From Hyphomicrobiales bacterium (GTDB lineage: Bacteria; Pseudomonadota; Alphaproteobacteria; Rhizobiales; MH13): a DNA stretch of 64,000 nt. The notes beneath the pieces are model-generated. The model saw only the letters and a list, made by a program, of their open reading frames with translations, was not told the origin of the DNA and did no database searches. Below are positions 63,996 to 64,000 of the stretch, in pieces (positions within the stretch are counted from its first letter, which is position 1; every line of letters starts with the position of its first letter). The stretch is from assembly GCA_046290645.1 (NCBI GenBank), contig JBKAGZ010000004.1, positions 196,327 through 260,326 on the forward strand, read 5' to 3'. The position numbers and the translations under genes are program-made.

Positions 63996-64000
63996 GGTCA

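Noticed and set aside
1-64000. Search by eye for tRNA/rRNA genes, CRISPR arrays, IS elements, integrases, toxin-antitoxin pairs and known defence genes
   Set aside because: None found. No spaced direct-repeat arrays, no transposase, integrase or recombinase motifs, and no cloverleaf-like conserved tRNA blocks were seen. A tRNAscan, Infernal or ISfinder run would be needed for certainty.

Overview
GC-rich, gene-dense segment with about 57 supportable CDS. Gene content looks alphaproteobacterial (inference from protein families only). It reads as a chain of catabolic and transport islands, each with its own regulator. I saw no rRNA, tRNA, CRISPR array, IS element, integrase or phage gene.

Layout:
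- 13-6185 (+): translationally coupled acid-sugar operon ending in a form-IV RuBisCO-like protein and a DUF1537 kinase (D-apionate-type architecture). It includes an unassignable 554-aa protein.
- 6202-12049: TetR-controlled RND efflux operon with a co-transcribed unknown cytoplasmic protein.
- 12052-13513: YafY (WYL) regulator module.
- 13676-18655 (-): clear guanidine-I (ykkC) riboswitch, not explained by any ORF. It leads a six-gene operon: NitT/TauT-type ABC importer, an N-terminally extended arginase-fold ureohydrolase (candidate guanidine hydrolase), an extremely His-rich protein and a small His-bearing membrane protein. I rank this as the most interesting system. The ureohydrolase has no HypA/HypB-type partners; two unrecognisable His-rich proteins sit in that position.
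- 19640-27655 (+): LacI-linked sugar-type ABC importer, tandem-GDPD phosphodiesterase and inositol-monophosphatase.
- 27802-40450: GntR regulon with two copies of a GTTTAT-N3-ATAAAC operator. It holds a nine-gene operon mixing dgoD with CaiB/CaiD-like CoA enzymes, plus SDR and GH88/105-like genes.
- 40965-43013: autotransporter.
- 43363-55660: AraC, a bicovalent-FAD BBE-like oxidase, a SelA/DgaE-like PLP lyase, IclR, RidA, an amidohydrolase embedded in a family-5 ABC operon. An identical 16-nt AT-rich element in 20-bp-phased tandem copies links the oxidase promoter and the ABC operon promoter. I propose an oxidative amino-sugar (aldonate) route.
- 56216-63995: oxidoreductase, ion-transport genes (TrkA-C protein, MATE, CPA1, MscS-BON), a GAF-EAL protein and a partial membrane ORF.

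Several ORF-track starts were moved to downstream start codons that have Shine-Dalgarno sequences or stop/start overlaps. All functional calls rest on motifs read by eye and on recalled family knowledge; no searches were run.
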